Assembly (NCBI RefSeq): GCF_009914755.1
Contig: NC_060944.1
Direction: 5' to 3' (one strand)
DNA: 64,000 nucleotides
Origin: the human T2T-CHM13v2.0 reference genome, Homo sapiens
How positions within the stretch are numbered: position 1 is the first letter of the stretch; each line of letters begins with the position of its first letter. Positions 41,407 to 54,586 of this stretch are shown piece by piece. The translations under genes and the position numbers were made by a program. The notes beneath the pieces were generated by a model. The model saw only the letters and a program-made list of their open reading frames with translations. It did no database searches and had not been told where the DNA came from.

Positions 41407-42060
41407 TTATCCAGGCCTATCATGCCCAGTATTTCCTTCCATCCTGACCACATCCCTGCGTGGGAAGTAGGTCACATCAATGGTAAATATGCTGTCGTTA
41501 TGCAGATGTAGAAACCGAGGCTCAGAGAGGTGAAGTGACTTACCCAAGGTCACACAGGGAGGCGGCACAGGACCAAGGTTACAACTCAGGTCTCTGCAAC
41601 TCCAAAGCTCTTTCCCTTCTCCCTCACTGCTCTCGGTTCTTAAGGCATCCAGCCTGTAGTCTATCCATGCCGGAGGCTTGCAGGCAGGTCTGGGTGTGGG
41701 GACGCAAGAAGGATCCCCTAGGGGCAGCTGCTGGCCTTGGTGCCTGTCGTGTCTTCGCTGGAGCCGGGCGTGCAGGTGGCGGACCCTCCTCGCCTCCTGG
41801 GCTGTGAAGAAGGAAGCGGCGATGGCATGCCGCAGGCGGCGGGCGTAGGCCTCCAGGAGCACCGTGGAGCCCGCCAGGAGCTGCAGGGCCCCCGCGGCCA
41901 GCGGGGCAGCTGCGCGGGGACGCCGGGCGGGTAGCAGTGGGCAGCGGGCGGAGGTGAGGCGGAGCTCCCATTGGTAGGAGCTGTGGACGGAGAGGAAGGG
42001 GCTCTCCGGAGCCAGCTGGTTGAAGAGGAAAGGGATGAAGCCCAGGACAGTGTATGCCAC
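41407..42060 (-). CDS. OCSTAMP: OCSTAMP exon 3 (last TM segment and C-terminal tail)
   Basis: Acceptor ctttcccaag|GTG at 42061; 654 nt to TAA. Total CDS 44+1003+654=1701 nt = 566 aa. Confidence 0.93.
   Translation of the reverse strand: MAYTVLGFIPFLFNQLAPESPFLSVHSSYQWELRLTSARCPLLPARRPRAAAPLAAGALQLLAGSTVLLEAYARRLRHAIAASFFTAQEARRVRHLHARLQRRHDRHQGQQLPLGDPSCVPTPRPACKPPAWIDYRLDALRTESSEGEGKELWSCRDLSCNLGPVPPPCVTLGKSLHLSEPRFLHLHNDSIFTIDVTYFPRRDVVRMEGNTGHDRPG
41425..41630 (-). mobile_element. MIR SINE lying inside the OCSTAMP coding sequence
   Basis: Minus strand: tgtgtgaccttgggtaagtcacttcacctctctgagcctcggtttctacatctgca = MIR core. Confidence 0.85.
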
Positions 42061-42417
42061 CTTGGGAAAGGAGAAAAAGGCAGGGTCAACTGAGGGCCTC
42101 TCTGGCCACTCCCCACCTCTAGGAGAGGCTTGTCCAGCTTTCCCTGCCTTCATCTGCAAAATGGTTACAGAAATAACCCGTTTCCCAGGGTTTGAGGAGG
42201 ACCCAATGAGACTAGGAGTCTGAAACAGGTTCTTTTGCCAAATAAAAATCACCATACAAATGTTACTAAGGTTAGTATCTTTGAGCAGAATATTTTAGAG
42301 AAAACAAATTGTCTATGGATGTTTGCTCCTTGCTGAGTCCTTACTGAATACTTTAGATGTCCTATTCCATCCAATATACACAATTCTATGGGTCGAGCCC
42401 AGGAGGAGCCTAATTTA

Positions 42418-42728
<311 letters not shown>

Positions 42729-43274
42729 GATGGGAAGCCCAAAGCCACACATGGGTTACATGTTGCCAACTCAGGGATCAGTCTCAGCCAAGGTGGGTCC
42801 CTATGTCCTGCTTATAAGCACTGGGCCCTGCAGTTTCCATAGGTATGTCCAGGTGAGGAAGAATGGTATCTAGAGAGGCAGGGAAGAAAGAAGTTCACCA
42901 TTTGAACTTTGGAACCAACCTGGGTTGGATTCTGCACTAACCCAGGTGCAGAAGGATAGCTTGCCACACCCCAAATGGTTCAAATGAATGCAGGAGAAAC
43001 TCCCAAAGCTTTCAGAAAAGATGAAATAATGTGAAAGCAATGAGTGGGCCTGTACAATTTATGCTTTCCCAGAGGATCAGAGAGTGCCAGCCTCAAAACT
43101 TGCTGAGTGAGGGCCCGCAGCTTGCAAGAAAATGCTGGAAACAATGGTGGGGCATCACCGGGGCTCTGGAAGGCACAGAGAATGATATTGGAGGAAAAGC
43201 CTCAGAGACTGACTCCTCGGCCAGAGTCATTCAGAAAAGTCAGATTGAATGTTTTAGGAAAACCATCAGATTAC

Positions 43275-43445
43275 TTCCCCTCCCTCCCTTCCTTCCTTCC
43301 TCCCTTCCTTCCTTCGTCCCTCCCTCTCTCTCTCATTCCTTCCTTTTTTCTTTCTTCCTTCCTTCCTTTCTTTTTCTTTCTTTCTTTCTTTCTTTCCTTC
43401 TTTCTTTTCTTTCTCTCTTTCTCTTTCTTTCTCTCTTTCTCTTTC

Positions 43446-43477
<32 letters not shown>

Positions 43478-43500
43478 GTTTCTTCCTTTTTTTTTTTTTG
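43275..43500. repeat. Pyrimidine-rich (CCTT/CTTT/CT) compound microsatellite derived from an Alu tail
   Basis: ~225 bp of almost only C/T, abutting an antisense Alu. Confidence 0.9.
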
Positions 43501-43779
43501 GAGTCTTGCTGGCTCAGGTTGGAGTGCAGTGGAGCAATCTCAATTCACTGCAAACTTTGCCTCCCAGGTTCAAGCGATTATCTCACCTCAGCCTCCTGAG
43601 TAGCTGGGATTACAGGCACACACCACCATGCCTGGCTAATTTTTGTATTTTCAGTAGAGATGGGGTTTCACCATGTTGTTGGCCAGGCTGGTCTTGAACT
43701 CCTGACCTCAGGTGATCCACCCACCTCGGCCTCCCAAAGTGCTGGGATTATAGATAGGCATGAGCCTCCATGCCCAGCC
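43487..43779 (-). mobile_element. Alu (AluS-like)
   Basis: Antisense dimeric Alu. Confidence 0.9.
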
Positions 43780-44039
43780 CCCTATTTTTCTTTTTATGTA
43801 TACGCGAGAAAGATATGGCAAAATAAACCTATGTTAAATAATAAGTGAACTATTTTATACAAATACAATAAAAATTCTAAATGATAAGAAAGCATTGTGT
43901 CAAGGTTGAATTGGTAGCATTTTCTGCCCTAAGGATACATAAAGTAATGGTGTGACTTGCAATTGATGACTATCTGAGATTTGGTGAAAATGAGTAAATC
44001 AGGGAACATGCTTAGAACATTGCCTGACACATTTCTTTA

Positions 44040-44384
<345 letters not shown>

Positions 44385-45470
44385 AAGAAATGCATTTTAC
44401 AGTACCTTCAAAGCAGAGATTGTTTTGTAATTGAAGAAAATATTCAAAAACCATACACTCCCTTATTGCCTAAGATGTAATCTTATAATTTTCCAGTTGA
44501 TTCTATTTCATTAAAAACACTATTTATGACTCCTTAAATTGATTAAATTGATTTTGTGCAGTCTGAAAAGCACTTTCTTAATATGTAATAAGTACTTGAT
44601 AAATATAAACTGTTAATATTATTAGCTCGAAGTTTGACACTTTGATATGTTTTATGCAATGGACTTTTGTGTGAGACCTCACTACTAAAAATTAAAAATA
44701 AAAAGATCCGTGGCAAAAGAAAGGATCGAAAAACACAACTCTTGATCTGATAGTAATATATCCGATTATAAGTCGATAGTAAATATTTTCTATATCACTA
44801 TTAAAATAGCAAATATTTCAGGCTTTGCAGGACATACAGTCTCTGTTGCAATTACTCAACTTTGCCTTTGTAGGGCAGCCACAGACAATATATTGACAAA
44901 TGGCATGGCTGTGTTCTAAAAAAGCTTTATTTACAAAACCAAGAAGCCATTGGATTTGTCCTGAAGGCTATAGTTGGATGCCTCCTGATCAAGGCCATTC
45001 CAAAGTCCTCCTCCAGTCTGACATAGACAGATGTAAGCTATTAATAATAGCCACTCTTTATTAAATAATCTCTTATGTGCCATGGAGCTTACTAGGTACT
45101 TTAAGACAATACCACATTGTAAGACACAATAGCCTTTTAGGATTAGGAGGATCGATTCAATTTGTACAAATGTGGAAAATGAGGCTAGGACAAGCTGCCA
45201 CTTGTGAAGGGTGACCTTGGATGCAAGTTATTTTAAGGTGTCTGGGTTTCAGCATCCTCAACTGCAATAGGAAGTGAAAATAGAAACCACTTCCTAGAGC
45301 TGTTGTGGGTATCCGATGAGTCCCTCTGCCCATGGTATGGGGCCCCATGGATGATTCAAGGGCTGTTTCTTGGAGGCAAGTCAAATTTCATCACAAGTCA
45401 AGGGTTTAACAGATTCTCCCCCTGCCCTCAAAACAATGACTCCCTTCCCTTTTCCCATCATCACACTTAC

Positions 45471-46473
45471 ATCATACTTGACCGTGAGCGTGATGGGCAC
45501 AGTTGGCAACTTCTGAGCCCAGTCCACAGTAGCCTGTGCCAGGAGGAAGGCTACATGGTCTGTGGCCACCGCCACAGCCGTGGCCACGAGGAGCAGGGCA
45601 AGCAGCCCCAGCCTTAGAAGACAACTCAACAGCTCCTCCTGTGACAGCCTCAGCTGAGCCGCCTGGAGCAGCCAGGTGGGTGGAGGGGCCAGGAGGTGTG
45701 TAGCCTGGGCCTGTGCCAACCGCTGGGTCAGCTGTTGAGTGGCGTAGATATTGTCAAACCGCAGGTCTGTCAGGTAGCAATGGAGGTACCATGCCGACTC
45801 CACCAGGAGGCCCAACATAAACAGCCCTGTGACCACTCGCTGGGTCCCTAGCGCTGCTGCCCGGGCCAGGGACTCCAGGCCAGAGAAATCCTCCAGGACC
45901 TGCTGAGTGACCCTGAGCATGTGAAGGTAGAAGGCAGAGCCATTGTCCTGGGCCTCAAATGTCAGGCCCCGGCTGCCTGCCTGGCCTGTGGGGCCCAGAG
46001 CCCTGGATGCTGCATGCAGCTGGTGAGTGGTATTGAGGAGACTCTCCAGGGAGCCCTCGGTGACACACCTCAGCACCTGCCCGGCCGCACCCACGTTGGC
46101 CAGGACGTTGGGCACCACAGCAATGGCCAGGGTGGCAGTGCTGTAGGACAGGAGCAGCCGGCGGCCCTGCTCCATACCCAGGGTGGGCACGCTGAGTGCA
46201 AACAGGCAGCGGACTGGGGGTACCAGGCCCAGGCTCAGGAAGACCAGGAGGCCACAGACAGTGGCAACCATGGCTGAAGGTCCAGGAGGATAAAGCAGCA
46301 AGGATGCCAGCCAGTGATAAACCAGACCTGCAGCAGCAGCAGCCAGGGAGGCACACAGGAGGAGCTGGGTCAGCAGCTGGCCACAGCTGGCTGGAACAGG
46401 CTGGGAGAAGGCGTCCCAGGCAGCCTGCAGTGGGGCAAGGGCCTTCCAGAACCCCAAGTGCCAGGACCTCCAC
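45471..46473 (-). CDS. OCSTAMP: OCSTAMP exon 2 (multi-pass transmembrane core, DC-STAMP-like)
   Basis: Within ORF 45381..46535. Acceptor tgtgcag| at 46474, donor GAT|gtaagt at 45470; 1003 nt. Several hydrophobic helices and the DC-STAMP-family motif YLHCYLTDLRFDNIYAT. Confidence 0.96.
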
Positions 46474-47019
46474 CTGCACACAAGGAAATTGAAGGGCATC
46501 TCTATCAGGAGGTGGGTGGGTGGGTGTCTGTCCACTGCCCCTGCCCCACATACCCATCACCAGGCTCTGCTAACAGACTCCACCCTTGTAGTTACCCAGG
46601 TGGACCAATCAGAGTAAGTCACTGTATACCCACGTGACACAAGCTGAACCAATCAGAGCCTTCCCCAGGATTACTCTCGCTGGAACTGTCAGGGAAGAGC
46701 CCAATTCCCATGCAGTACCTGAGGATGTGAGGATGAAAGTCTGCCCTGTTTGAGTCCATTATTACAGTTTTGTGAAGGCAACTGGCCCAAGAGAATGAAA
46801 GAGTCATGGAGCGAGAAGCACAGGTGAAAGAGAGAGAATGAGTAAGAGGAGAGAGAAGAAGAGAAACGATTTCACTTGAATTAATAGTCTTGGTGGCTTG
46901 CTGTATGATTCTGGACCTTCTATTCTTTCTGAACTTCAGGGTCTCCTCTATAATTTAGGGGAGAGGAGGGTGAACTAGTTGGCCTGTGAGGGACTTTTAT
47001 ATTCTATCATCCTTATATT

Positions 47020-48230
47020 TATTCATTCAACAAGTGTTTATCAAGCAACGACTTTGTGTTAACCATTGGAGAAACAGGAATGAAAAAAACAGAAGTCCCT
47101 ACCTTCGTGGGGCTTGCACTATGTTAAGAGCGATGGCAGAGGAGTAGTAAGGAAAGCTTGGATTCTGAACACATTTTGTTGGCAGAGTCAACAAGATTTG
47201 CAGAGGCTGATTGGTTGTGGGGTGTGAGAGAAAGAGGGGAGTCAAGGATGACGAGGTGCTTTTGTGTCTGAGCAACTGGAAGCACCAAGGTGTCATTTCC
47301 TGAGATGAGAACTCTGTGGTCAAAACAGGTTTGAGTGGAGGGGGAGAGAGGAGGAATTCAGTTCAGAACTCTTAAATTTGAGATTCAGTTGAGCCATTCC
47401 GTGGAGCTTTTGACGACGTGGTTGGAAATAGAAGTCAGGAATTCAGAGGGGAGGTCAGGCTGGAGTTATAACATTGGGAGTCTGATTATTAGATGTCTCC
47501 CAACTTTATATCCCTACCTAAAGCCATGTGCACCATGAGATTCCTCAAGAGAGTGTGTCACTGGGGAGGAAAGACATCCAAGGACATGCCTCAAGGCGCT
47601 CCAAGGTTAGGGGCTCTTAGATAAGGAGGAACCAGCAAAAGAGACTGAGAAACCAATGTGGTGCTTAGGAAGCCAAATAAACAAAATGTTTCAAGGAGAA
47701 AGGAGTGATCAAGTACGTCAAATGCAGCCAACAGGTCAAGAATGATGAGGACTGAGCAATGCCTATTAGCCGCTTAGAGGTCACTGTTGACCTTGGCAGG
47801 GAGAGTTCGGTGGCTTTTGGGGCCAAAATCCAACTAGACTGGGTCCAGGAGAGACGGGAAGGAGAAGAATAGGAAACACAGATACAGACAACTCTTTCCG
47901 GTAATTTCTACACTAAAACAGCAGGGAGATGAAGCAGTGGCTGGTAGCTATGGGAAATTGGACCAAGAGAATTCATGTAAAGGGAGGAAATCTATAGCAT
48001 GTTTGCAGGTGGGAGATCTCATCGAGAGGGGAGACATTGACAAAGGGGAGACTCCCTGAAGTGACACCTGTAGGGGTGGAGGCAGAGAGTGAGACTGAGA
48101 ACATGCAAGGTGGGGCTGGTCTTAGAATAGAGCAGGGGTCGTTCATCCTTAATAGCAGGTGGGAAAGCAGAGGAAATAGGTACAGATGATGGCGAATGAA
48201 CAGGCAGCGTGTATGCACCTGTGAAAAGTA
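47020..48230 (-). mobile_element. L2 LINE fragments
   Basis: attcattcaacaagtgttt tail plus internal L2 blocks (gggagtcaaggatgac, ggaagccaa...gtttcaagg, aggtcactgttgaccttgg). Confidence 0.65.
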
Positions 48231-50660
48231 TCCTCTGATATACGCAGAGCAGAGTAATGTTAAGGGCATGACCTCTGGACTGCCTGGGCTCAAATTTCTG
48301 CTCCACCACTTGCCAGCTATGTGACCTTGGGTACATATCACAACCTTTCTGTGTCTCAGCTGTCTCATCTGTAAAATGGTGCAATAAAAGTATGCACCTC
48401 CTGGGGTCACTTTGTTTCTGGCACATGGTAAGTATCACATCAGCTATTACCTACCACTAGAGTCAACTCCACCGGAGCAGGGACTTTGTCCATTTTGATC
48501 ACTGATATGTCCCAAGTGCCTACAATAGTGTCTGCCATGTTGTGAGTGCTCCAAAACTATTCATTAAGAGTAGCATGACCGATTGCTTCTGTTTGCTCAG
48601 GTTGGCAGGAAGCAAGGTCAGCAGAGAAGGTAAGATGCTGGCGGAGGTGATGGATGCTTGAAGAGGAAGAAGAAAGTACAAAATGGTTGCCCAGGAAAGT
48701 GGGAGAACAAACGAACTGGGGCAATAACATATGTGCTGGGCAACACTGAGGCCCACTTGAGGTTGGAGATCATACATTATCTTAAGTGAGAGCAGGCAGA
48801 AAGGTTATACGGGAATATGGTTATAAAGGGCAGGGAGGGTGGTGGGGAGGCTGTCACTGTGTTGGTTACAGGCAAAGCTGCTGACTTGCTCCACCATCAA
48901 CAGCTTGAAGGATAAGCATGTGACTGGGTCTAGTTGATCCAAGTACCTCTGATCCCCTGGCCACCGTGACTGGTGCAGGGATTGCACCTGACCGGAGATG
49001 GACCAATAGAGCTTTCCTCAGGATTTTGCTGCAACGACAAAAAAACTGCCCTTTGTTGCCTTGAGAGCTAAGCTGGTAGGAAGATGCCTCAAGCCTTGGG
49101 GACCACCATGTAGTATGAGTCGGCCTGGGATGAAGGCAACACAAGGAAAACAGTGTTAGGAAACAGACAGAGAGTCCCAGTGGCCTTGTTGGAGGACCTG
49201 GATCCAGAAATGCCTGAAGCCGAAATCTATGCCGGACCACACACTAGGAGATGTCTGTTTTTCTACAGGCAGTGTAAGATCAATCTGTCACTTGCAACTC
49301 AATGAGTCCTGACTAATACAGAAACCTTTGTCACAGGGCTTCTGGGACAATAAAATGAAATAATCCATGTAAAGAAGTTTACACAGGGTCTGGCACAGAA
49401 GAGGGATCCTATAAAACTGCACCACTTGTTACTCTGATGATACTTATGTCAACGATGTAAATGTTTCACTCGAGTCTCCTCTGTGCCCAGGCTCTGTGCT
49501 GACCCCTGTGGACACAAAGATGAATTAAGTCCTGGTCCCACTAAAGGAGTTCACAGTCTAATTGAGGAGACTTAAATAGACCATTAGAGTTTAAGTTCAT
49601 TAACAAAGAATTCTGAGCATAGTATGCCTGGGCCTGGACTGGGGTGGGATAGATGGAGAGTGACCCAGTTTTACCTGGGAGTCAGGAAGGCTCCCTGGAA
49701 GAGGTGACATTCCAGCTGGGGGTGGAAGGACAAGTGTCAGTTTGTGGGTGAAGAAGGGAGTTGGACATCCCTGACCGAAGGAACAGCGTGTGCAAAGGTC
49801 CTGTGCTCTGACCATCGGGAAATAGGGAGTTGGGAGAACCAGAACAGTGGGAAGCTGAGATGCAGTGAGGCCTGTGGGGCTGGAGTGAAGGTCACAACCT
49901 TGAAGCCCTAAAGGCTGAATCATATGCAAATGTGCCTTATTGTGGCCCACTCTGTGTGTGTGTGTGTGTGTGTAAGCTGCCCCCATTTGGAAATAAGGAA
50001 GTTTCACATTAAAATCTGGGTTTCCAGCTTTTCTTGAGAGATAAGAAGATCTGGGTTAGAGCTCCCACCTTTGCAACAGGTAGCTGGAGCTGAGTATCCA
50101 CTACCCACCTTTGACAGGGGAGCAGCCCTGCAGACTGCATCCTGCTGATCAATGAACGGGTCCGTCTGCACACCCAGGTGGCCTTCCACAGGTGCAACCC
50201 CTTCCCAGCTCCCGAAGGCATTTGAATTTGGGACTAAACACCCCCTTCTACTATATAATTAATATTTGGAACACAGTAGCTTTTGGAATAATAGCTAATA
50301 ATAAAAACAATTTTAAGGATTGAAAGCCAGTCCTAAGTCATATTGGATGACAATTCCTGCACGGGGTATTGAAAATGGCAAGGAAACTAGCTGCTGTTTA
50401 GTGAGTGCTTCCTCTGAGCCAAGCAGGTGCCAAGTACTAAGCATGTGTTTTCTCATTCAATTCTGGCAACAGTCTTGTAGATGTCATTATTACTTCCATT
50501 TCACAGATGGGGAACTGAGGCTCACAGAGAACTGAGGATTTGCCTAAGGTCACATAGCCAAGGAATGGCAGAGCTGAAGATTTGGGTTCATATCCATCAC
50601 CCCCAATGGCTGACTGTTTTCTCACCTGTAGCCCTCAGTGTCCAAAGTCCCCAGACCTAC

Positions 50661-50704
50661 CCGGTCTTGACAAGTTGCTCAGCTGCTCCTGGGTGGCCTG
50701 GCAT
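50661..50704 (-). CDS. OCSTAMP: OCSTAMP exon 1 coding part (MPGHPGAAEQLVKTG)
   Basis: gacagcATGCCAGGC...ACCGG|gtaggt. 44 nt, phase 2, joins exon 2 as GG|G TGG (G-W-R-S-W). Confidence 0.92.
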
Positions 50705-50960
50705 GCTGTCCAAATGGCAGTGGTTTCAGGCGGGCGGTCGCTGGCAGCTGTGGCAGGTGGAGAGGAAGTGGGGGAATCGCTGGGACTTGGGAATCCCTGC
50801 CACTTCTGCTTTTCCACTCTTTAATGAAGCTCTCCTGGCTGCCTTGTCCCGCCCTTTTCGGGGCCCACCTCCCAGAGGGTTGGGCAAGCTGCCTCATCCT
50901 CTGCCCACAAGCAAGAGCGGGTGGAAGGTGTGGGAAGAGGAAAAGACAGCCTTTTCCAAG
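50705..50960 (-). promoter_or_regulatory. OCSTAMP: OCSTAMP 5' UTR / proximal promoter
   Basis: Non-repetitive segment upstream of the ATG. PU-box GAGGAAGT (50762-50769), NF-kB-like GGGAATCCC (50789-50797), NFAT-type GGAAA cores (~50811, ~50939, ~50953), GC box CCGCCC (50849-50854). Confidence 0.6.
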
Positions 50961-51304
50961 CGATGTCTCTAATCTTGGTAGCAGGAAGGTAGAATTAGCC
51001 CCATTTTACAGAGAAGGAAACTGAGGCACAGAGAAACCATACAGCTTCCCTTTCCCTCCCACTCCATAGTTGTGTGCCCCAAGGGGAGCCTGATCCCTGC
51101 TCTTGGGACTCACAGGTGATAATCAGACCCCTGCCAAGTACTGGGAGCAGTGGCTCTGGTCTCCTTCCCCAGCCCCCTTCCTGTCTTTAGCCTGACTTGT
51201 ACCTCGCTTCAAATCTCAGCTCTGTCCCTCCCTAGCTATGAGACCTTGGGCAGGTGACCTCATATCTCTCTGCTGGTTTTCTCCCCTTAAAAAAAGTTTA
51301 ATGA

Positions 51305-51594
51305 GGCTGGGCACAGTGGCTCACATCTGTAATCCCAGCACTCTGGGAGGCTGAGGGGGGTGGATCACCTGAGGTCAGGAGTTTGAGATCAGCCTGACCA
51401 ACATGGTGAAACCCTGTCTCTACTAAAAATACAAAAATTATCTGGTTTGTGGTGGTGCATACCTGTAGTTCCAGATACTCGGGAGGCTGAGGCAGGAGAA
51501 TCACTTGAACCTAGGAGACAAGGTTGCAGTGAGCTGAGATCACGTCACTGCACTCCAGCCTGGGCACAGAGCGAGACTCCGTCTCAAAAAAAAA
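51305..51594 (+). mobile_element. Alu (AluS-like) ~0.6 kb upstream of the OCSTAMP ATG
   Basis: Dimeric Alu between MIR fragments. Confidence 0.9.
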
Positions 51595-53514
51595 TAGTTA
51601 ATGAAAATAACAGTTAACATTTATTGAGCACTTACTATGTATCAGGCATTCTTCTAAACAATTTCTCTTCAAATTCACTGAACCCTTACTTTGAACATCC
51701 CTTTATGGTAAAGATGTTATTTTCATTCTTCAGCTCAGAAAACTGAGACTCAGAGAGCTACGTCGCCAACCACGCCACTCAGCTATTAATGGTACTGCCG
51801 TGATTTCTAACCAGCGGGCTGGCTTCAGGGTATACCAGTTAGCCACTGGGCTCTGCTGCTGTGGAGGGGATAATTCACAGACCTCGTGATTACTTCGTAG
51901 TACAGCTGGTACTGCAAATAGTAGGTACTCAATAATGTAAATTCCCCACGCACACCCTCTGCAGTTAGTGCCCTGCAGGTCTGCTTTCAGGCTGTCCTGA
52001 AAGCCAGTTCCTACCTGGAATGCAGACACCTCTCCAGCATCTCTGTACCCCATCACTCCCAGCAGGCCTCCCCTGAGCCCCCCAGGCTCCCCCTCTGTGG
52101 GATGGACCAGTAGGGGCACAGCCACTTTCCCTTATAAGGACATGTTGCCTGGGTCACTCTCAGGCCTGAAGGGGAATGTCCTGCGGCCTGGATAGGGGAA
52201 GTGACGTTCTTATAGTTACACAGCGATTGAATGGAATACCTGTGGCCAGAACCCTCAGAGGGCCTAACACACTTCCCAGACAGTGCACCCCTGCAGGATG
52301 TTAGGCCAGCTACCAGGTCTGCAAAGAACTAAGTACATGAGGCAGACTAGCAGCAGCAAACTTGTGTACCCACAGGGGCCACGCTGCTTAGCTCATGAAC
52401 AAAGCAGGATGAATGCAAATAGCAGTGAGCTACAAAGTGTAGCCCCCCCACTCCCTCCTGTCTGGTCAGCTGTTATTCATCTCCAGTTGAGGGTCAAAGC
52501 CCCTTGAAAACGAGGCCCACCATGACCAGATTTTCCAGCTTTTCTAAAGACGCCAGTCATTCTCTTTTTAATGTAAATGTCAGCTTTTTTTTTTTTTAAA
52601 TGAAAGACTACCATGCAGACCAATCTTAACAGGTCTATGGGCCAAAGCCAGCATGAGGAGCATCAATTTTCACCTTCCGCAGGAGGCCTTAGTCAGGCCT
52701 GCTGTTAGCTGTCTGGCTGCAAGGAGATGTCTAGCTATTCCCCCCAAACTGCAGGGGCCCTGGACTGGAGGCAGCAGACCTGAACTCAAATGCCAGCTTT
52801 GCCACTTACTGTGCTGTGTGACCTTGGGCAAGACACTGTCCCTCTCTGAAGTTGTGCATCCTCTGCTATAATGAGGGTAATACAGTACCTACTTTACGGA
52901 CTGTTTGAGGATTCAATGAGATAATGCATATAGAGTGTTCAGTAAGCAATAGGTAAATGCTCATGCCCTGTTCCCTCCTACCTGGGATGACAGTTCTGCC
53001 AAGTGAGCCCCTGTCTGCTCACATCTGATTGTTGAGACTTCTGATGCTCACCAGGCCACCCTGGCCTGGATCCCATCACATAGCAAACTTCAGGGCATTG
53101 TGCTGGTCAGACAGAAAGAGTCCTAGAAGCCAGCCACCAGCATTTGCCCAGTTTCTGCACAGGCACTAGGGAGCTGGTTGGATAAGGACCAGGCAGTTTG
53201 TTTCCGGAAGGCCTCTGGTGGATATGTAAGATTTGGGAGCATGGGGGCATAGGGAGTGAACAGGCAAAATATATTTTTGGCTTTTCTCGGTACATGTAGG
53301 CAGTTACCTCTGTCTATATAAGGCTGGCCTGACCTCAAGGCCCACAACATCCGGAAGGGGCTTCTGAATCATCAAAAATAGAATCAGCTTTGTTGAGGGG
53401 AATTTGTGGGTGGAGGATTCAGAGCCATAAGACAGAAGAGGAAGAGGAAGAGGTAAGCCTTCAGATCTTCCTGGAGAGCCTGGTCTGGGATCAGAATCAG
53501 AGACCCATAGAGTA

Positions 53515-53642
53515 TTATTTTCAGTAGAGATGGACTTTTGCCTTGTTGCCCAGGATGGTCTCAAACTCCTAGGCTCAAGTAATCTGCCCACCTCAGCCTC
53601 CCAAAGCGCTGGGATTACAGGCGTGAGCTACTGTGCCCAGCT
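53515..53642 (-). mobile_element. Alu left monomer / FLAM
   Basis: Antisense left-arm sequence only. Confidence 0.75.
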
Positions 53643-54586
53643 GCACAGAATAATTAGAGTCACTGAATTCTTTAGCCTTCTTCAACGTTGCCACTGTCCA
53701 GATAGTTTGAGAATACAGAGAAGCAGCCAAAATCTTCCTATATTGCTGGTGCTATCCAATAGCAACAGTATGTGAGCCACCAACTCGAACCGTATGCATA
53801 ATTTAAACTTTTCTGGTAACCCTACTCAAAGTCCACTGATTCAAATGTTAGTCTCATCTAAAAACACCCTCACAGAAATATCCAGAATAATGCTTGACCA
53901 AATATCTGGGCACTATGGCCCAGTCAAGTTGATATATAACATTTTTTAAATTTAAAAAATCGAATTTTTAAAAACAGAAATCAATTTTAATAAAATATTT
54001 TAGTCAATGTAACATATCACAAATATCCTTTTAACATGTAAATAATATAAAAAATTGACAGGATGTTTTACATTTATTTTCTCATATTACAATTTTCTAC
54101 TTATAACAAATCTCAATTTGAACTAGCCACATTACAAATGTTCAGTAGCCACACATAGCAAGTGGCTACTGTGTCACACAGGGCAGCTATAGACCATTTC
54201 CATCATTACAGAAAGGTCAGTGGGTAGTGCTGCTCTAGGCCATTAGAACCCGTGACCGCTAATGCTGAAATGGACCTCCCAGATCATGCAATTCAAGGGT
54301 CATAGATTCAAATGCTTTCACAAGCCAGGAAAGTGACAGAGTTGACAGAGGAGAGCCAGTGTAAGTCATTAAAGAGTGGTGGGGACTGAGGCTAATTAAT
54401 GTTTACGTTCCAACTTATGATTTCCTCCACATACTACTCAGCTCCAAACAATTGTTGCCAGATGCCAAAGAGGGTCTCATATTGCTAGATCTGGTATTTT
54501 CCTTTCCAAGAGAAGCAGAAATCCAGATTTTTATGTGAAATCTCCTGAATTTTAATGACTAGCAAATAATAATTTAAAATTCATCA

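Noticed and set aside
43031-43697. 190- and 196-aa hydrophobic F/L/S-rich ORFs
   Set aside because: They translate a CT-rich microsatellite plus an Alu and are stop-free because of composition.
45921-46637. 201-aa alternative-frame and antisense ORFs over OCSTAMP exon 2
   Set aside because: Shadow ORFs of a GC-rich exon; their starts are not usable from the spliced mRNA.
52105-52122. CTCF-like ccagtaggggcac upstream of OCSTAMP
   Set aside because: One G short of the core spacing, so a poor match.
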